Source of the DNA: Patellaria atrata CBS 101060
Lineage: Eukaryota
Assembly (NCBI GenBank): GCA_010093705.1
Contig: MU006091.1
Coordinates: forward strand, 1,612,001 to 1,676,000
Direction: 5' to 3'
Length of the DNA: 64,000 nt
Shown here: positions 62,326-64,000 of the stretch, piece after piece
How positions within the stretch are numbered: the first letter of the stretch is position 1
Layout: each line of letters starts with the position of its first letter
Notes under the pieces: model-generated
The model's input: the letters and a program-made list of their open reading frames with translations, nothing else
What the model was told of the DNA's origin: nothing
Databases searched by the model: none
Translations under genes and position numbers: made by a program

Positions 62326-64000
62326 GGAGGTGGAGGTGCTTGTGATTCTACTTGTAGTGTTAGCTTGGATGGTCTGGTTTTATATATGCTTGTCGGGTAC
62401 TCACTTGTGTGTGTTGTCTGTACGTGTCTTTCTTGTGTGGAGGTGGTGTTATTTGTGAACTATGAGGCTGTTAGATATCTATCTACTGCGTACAACAGTG
62501 TGTGATAAGATAAGTACGTGCTAGAAGGGGATAGTAACTCACGATGTGGATAAAGAAGTTTCGTTGAAGAGTAGAAGGAGGCTGGAAGACTCGACATCGT
62601 ATATATACTCCCCTTCACTTACTCACCTAACTGAAGCTCGCGAATTGGGGTGTCGGTTTCGAATGGACGTTTGTAAGGGAGGGGCCTGGTGACATCTTTG
62701 GAAGTCGAGGAGGGAGGTACGGACTTCAGTAGATAAGCCCATTGTAAGGGTAGGTTGTTTGTATTGTCTCGGTGCAAGTGAACTCAGATTCATTCTCTTA
62801 CAAGTATATACCTCTTTTTGTAGATCGTGCGATTGTCCGCTAATTGTAGCCTAGTTCTCTGGGTGAATGACGGTTATGGTATATTTCGCCTTCCCCTTTT
62901 GTAGTTGGCTTCCATCTACATCTTTACGTCTGTAGTAGAGGTACTGGGGGACTGTTAGAATACAGTTTCGGGCGGCATTCAGTGCCTGTATGGTCAACTT
63001 CTATGCACGGACGGGACCTTTTTGTACTTGTTGATTTGGACATACAGAGGAGTTAGAAGTCACTACGAGGTGGAGTGTAAAGTAGGCGAGAAATTTGATC
63101 AAGGGGAGGAGATACTAAGATATCATTAAATTCAACTTGTTCTGAGATTGTCAAGATGTATAGAGCAGTGTTGAAAGTAATTCTACCTAGTTCCGGTTTA
63201 GAGACTCCATCCTAAACTCTCAATAGGGATTTTCCGTCACGGTTTCTCACTGCTTTCTTGATAGATGGAATTAGGCATTTTGAGCAAGGGATTACTGTGG
63301 CATACTTGCGCCTCCGTGAGTATCGGTCTAGAATTGAGCAGAAGCTAAGTAACAGAGGCAGTGCCGATGAAGGAGAGACCTTGGAGGGCTACGGATATAG
63401 GTAGCAGTAAGAGGATCAAGATTGGTACTATACGGTTGCTGTGTACCTGCGAAGTGACCTCTACCTACCTGTAAGTATAATATAACCATCACAAGCCCAT
63501 TTCACGCCCACCGAATCCATAGGAATGGAAGATATTTCTTTGCGCTATCGTACGCGTGGAAAGGGTATATAAGCAACGTTCCAAAAATCGCAAACGAAGT
63601 AGAGAGCATCGTATTTGATCAAAGGATTCTGCAATCGCGGATCAAGTGTGTGCTCTAAGCCTGAAAGAAACGTTCGCCCTTGTTACATGCGGTTGTCCGT
63701 CTGTGACAGCGTTCCTTGGGTGGAACACATAAGTTTATGGCTGTGCAGAAGGAATCCTTGAAATAATGGCCTTCGGAACGGTCCGAGCCATTGATATTAT
63801 CCTACGGGTTGGTAGACACGGAAGGGTTTCTCTAACCATGTAGAGGGCAGCTTTGGTGGATCCCATGCGAATAAATTCTATAAACTTATGTTGATACCGA
63901 TACTCGCGTCAGATTGTTGTGAAGTTGTCAATTATTCCACCTCGCCCGACTAATTCCCTACTCAGGGTTGAAGGCGCAAGGACGGCACCATCCTCTTGGA

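Noticed and set aside
1..64000. tRNA, rRNA, CRISPR arrays or prokaryotic systems
   Set aside because: Eukaryotic intron-containing DNA. No cloverleaf, rRNA-like or repeat-spacer pattern was seen by eye, and tRNAscan-SE/Infernal were not run.

Overview
A 64 kb window of a filamentous ascomycete (Pezizomycotina) nuclear genome, judged from short GT...CTAAC...YAG introns and RIP-like decay of repeats. It has one 100-N assembly gap at 53866-53965. Housekeeping genes: DCP1, an OCRL-like inositol 5-phosphatase, BUR1/CDK9, HOM3 aspartokinase, PIG-X/PBN1, AOS1, an omega-like GST, DYS1 and an SNT1-like SANT protein. Other loci: a conserved-looking unknown protein, a MATH + catalytically dead USP + MORN + RING protein, a disrupted HET-domain gene, a divergent Ctr copper transporter/ferric reductase pair with Mac1-type sites, and a secreted carboxylesterase. 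Intergenic DNA holds a solo LTR with a 5-bp TSD, several degenerate tandem duplications, and an unannotated spliced minus-strand locus (about 61.9-62.6 kb) with a 34-codon ORF and a tandem copy. All calls come from reading motifs by eye; no database search was run, and some exon boundaries and start codons are approximate.
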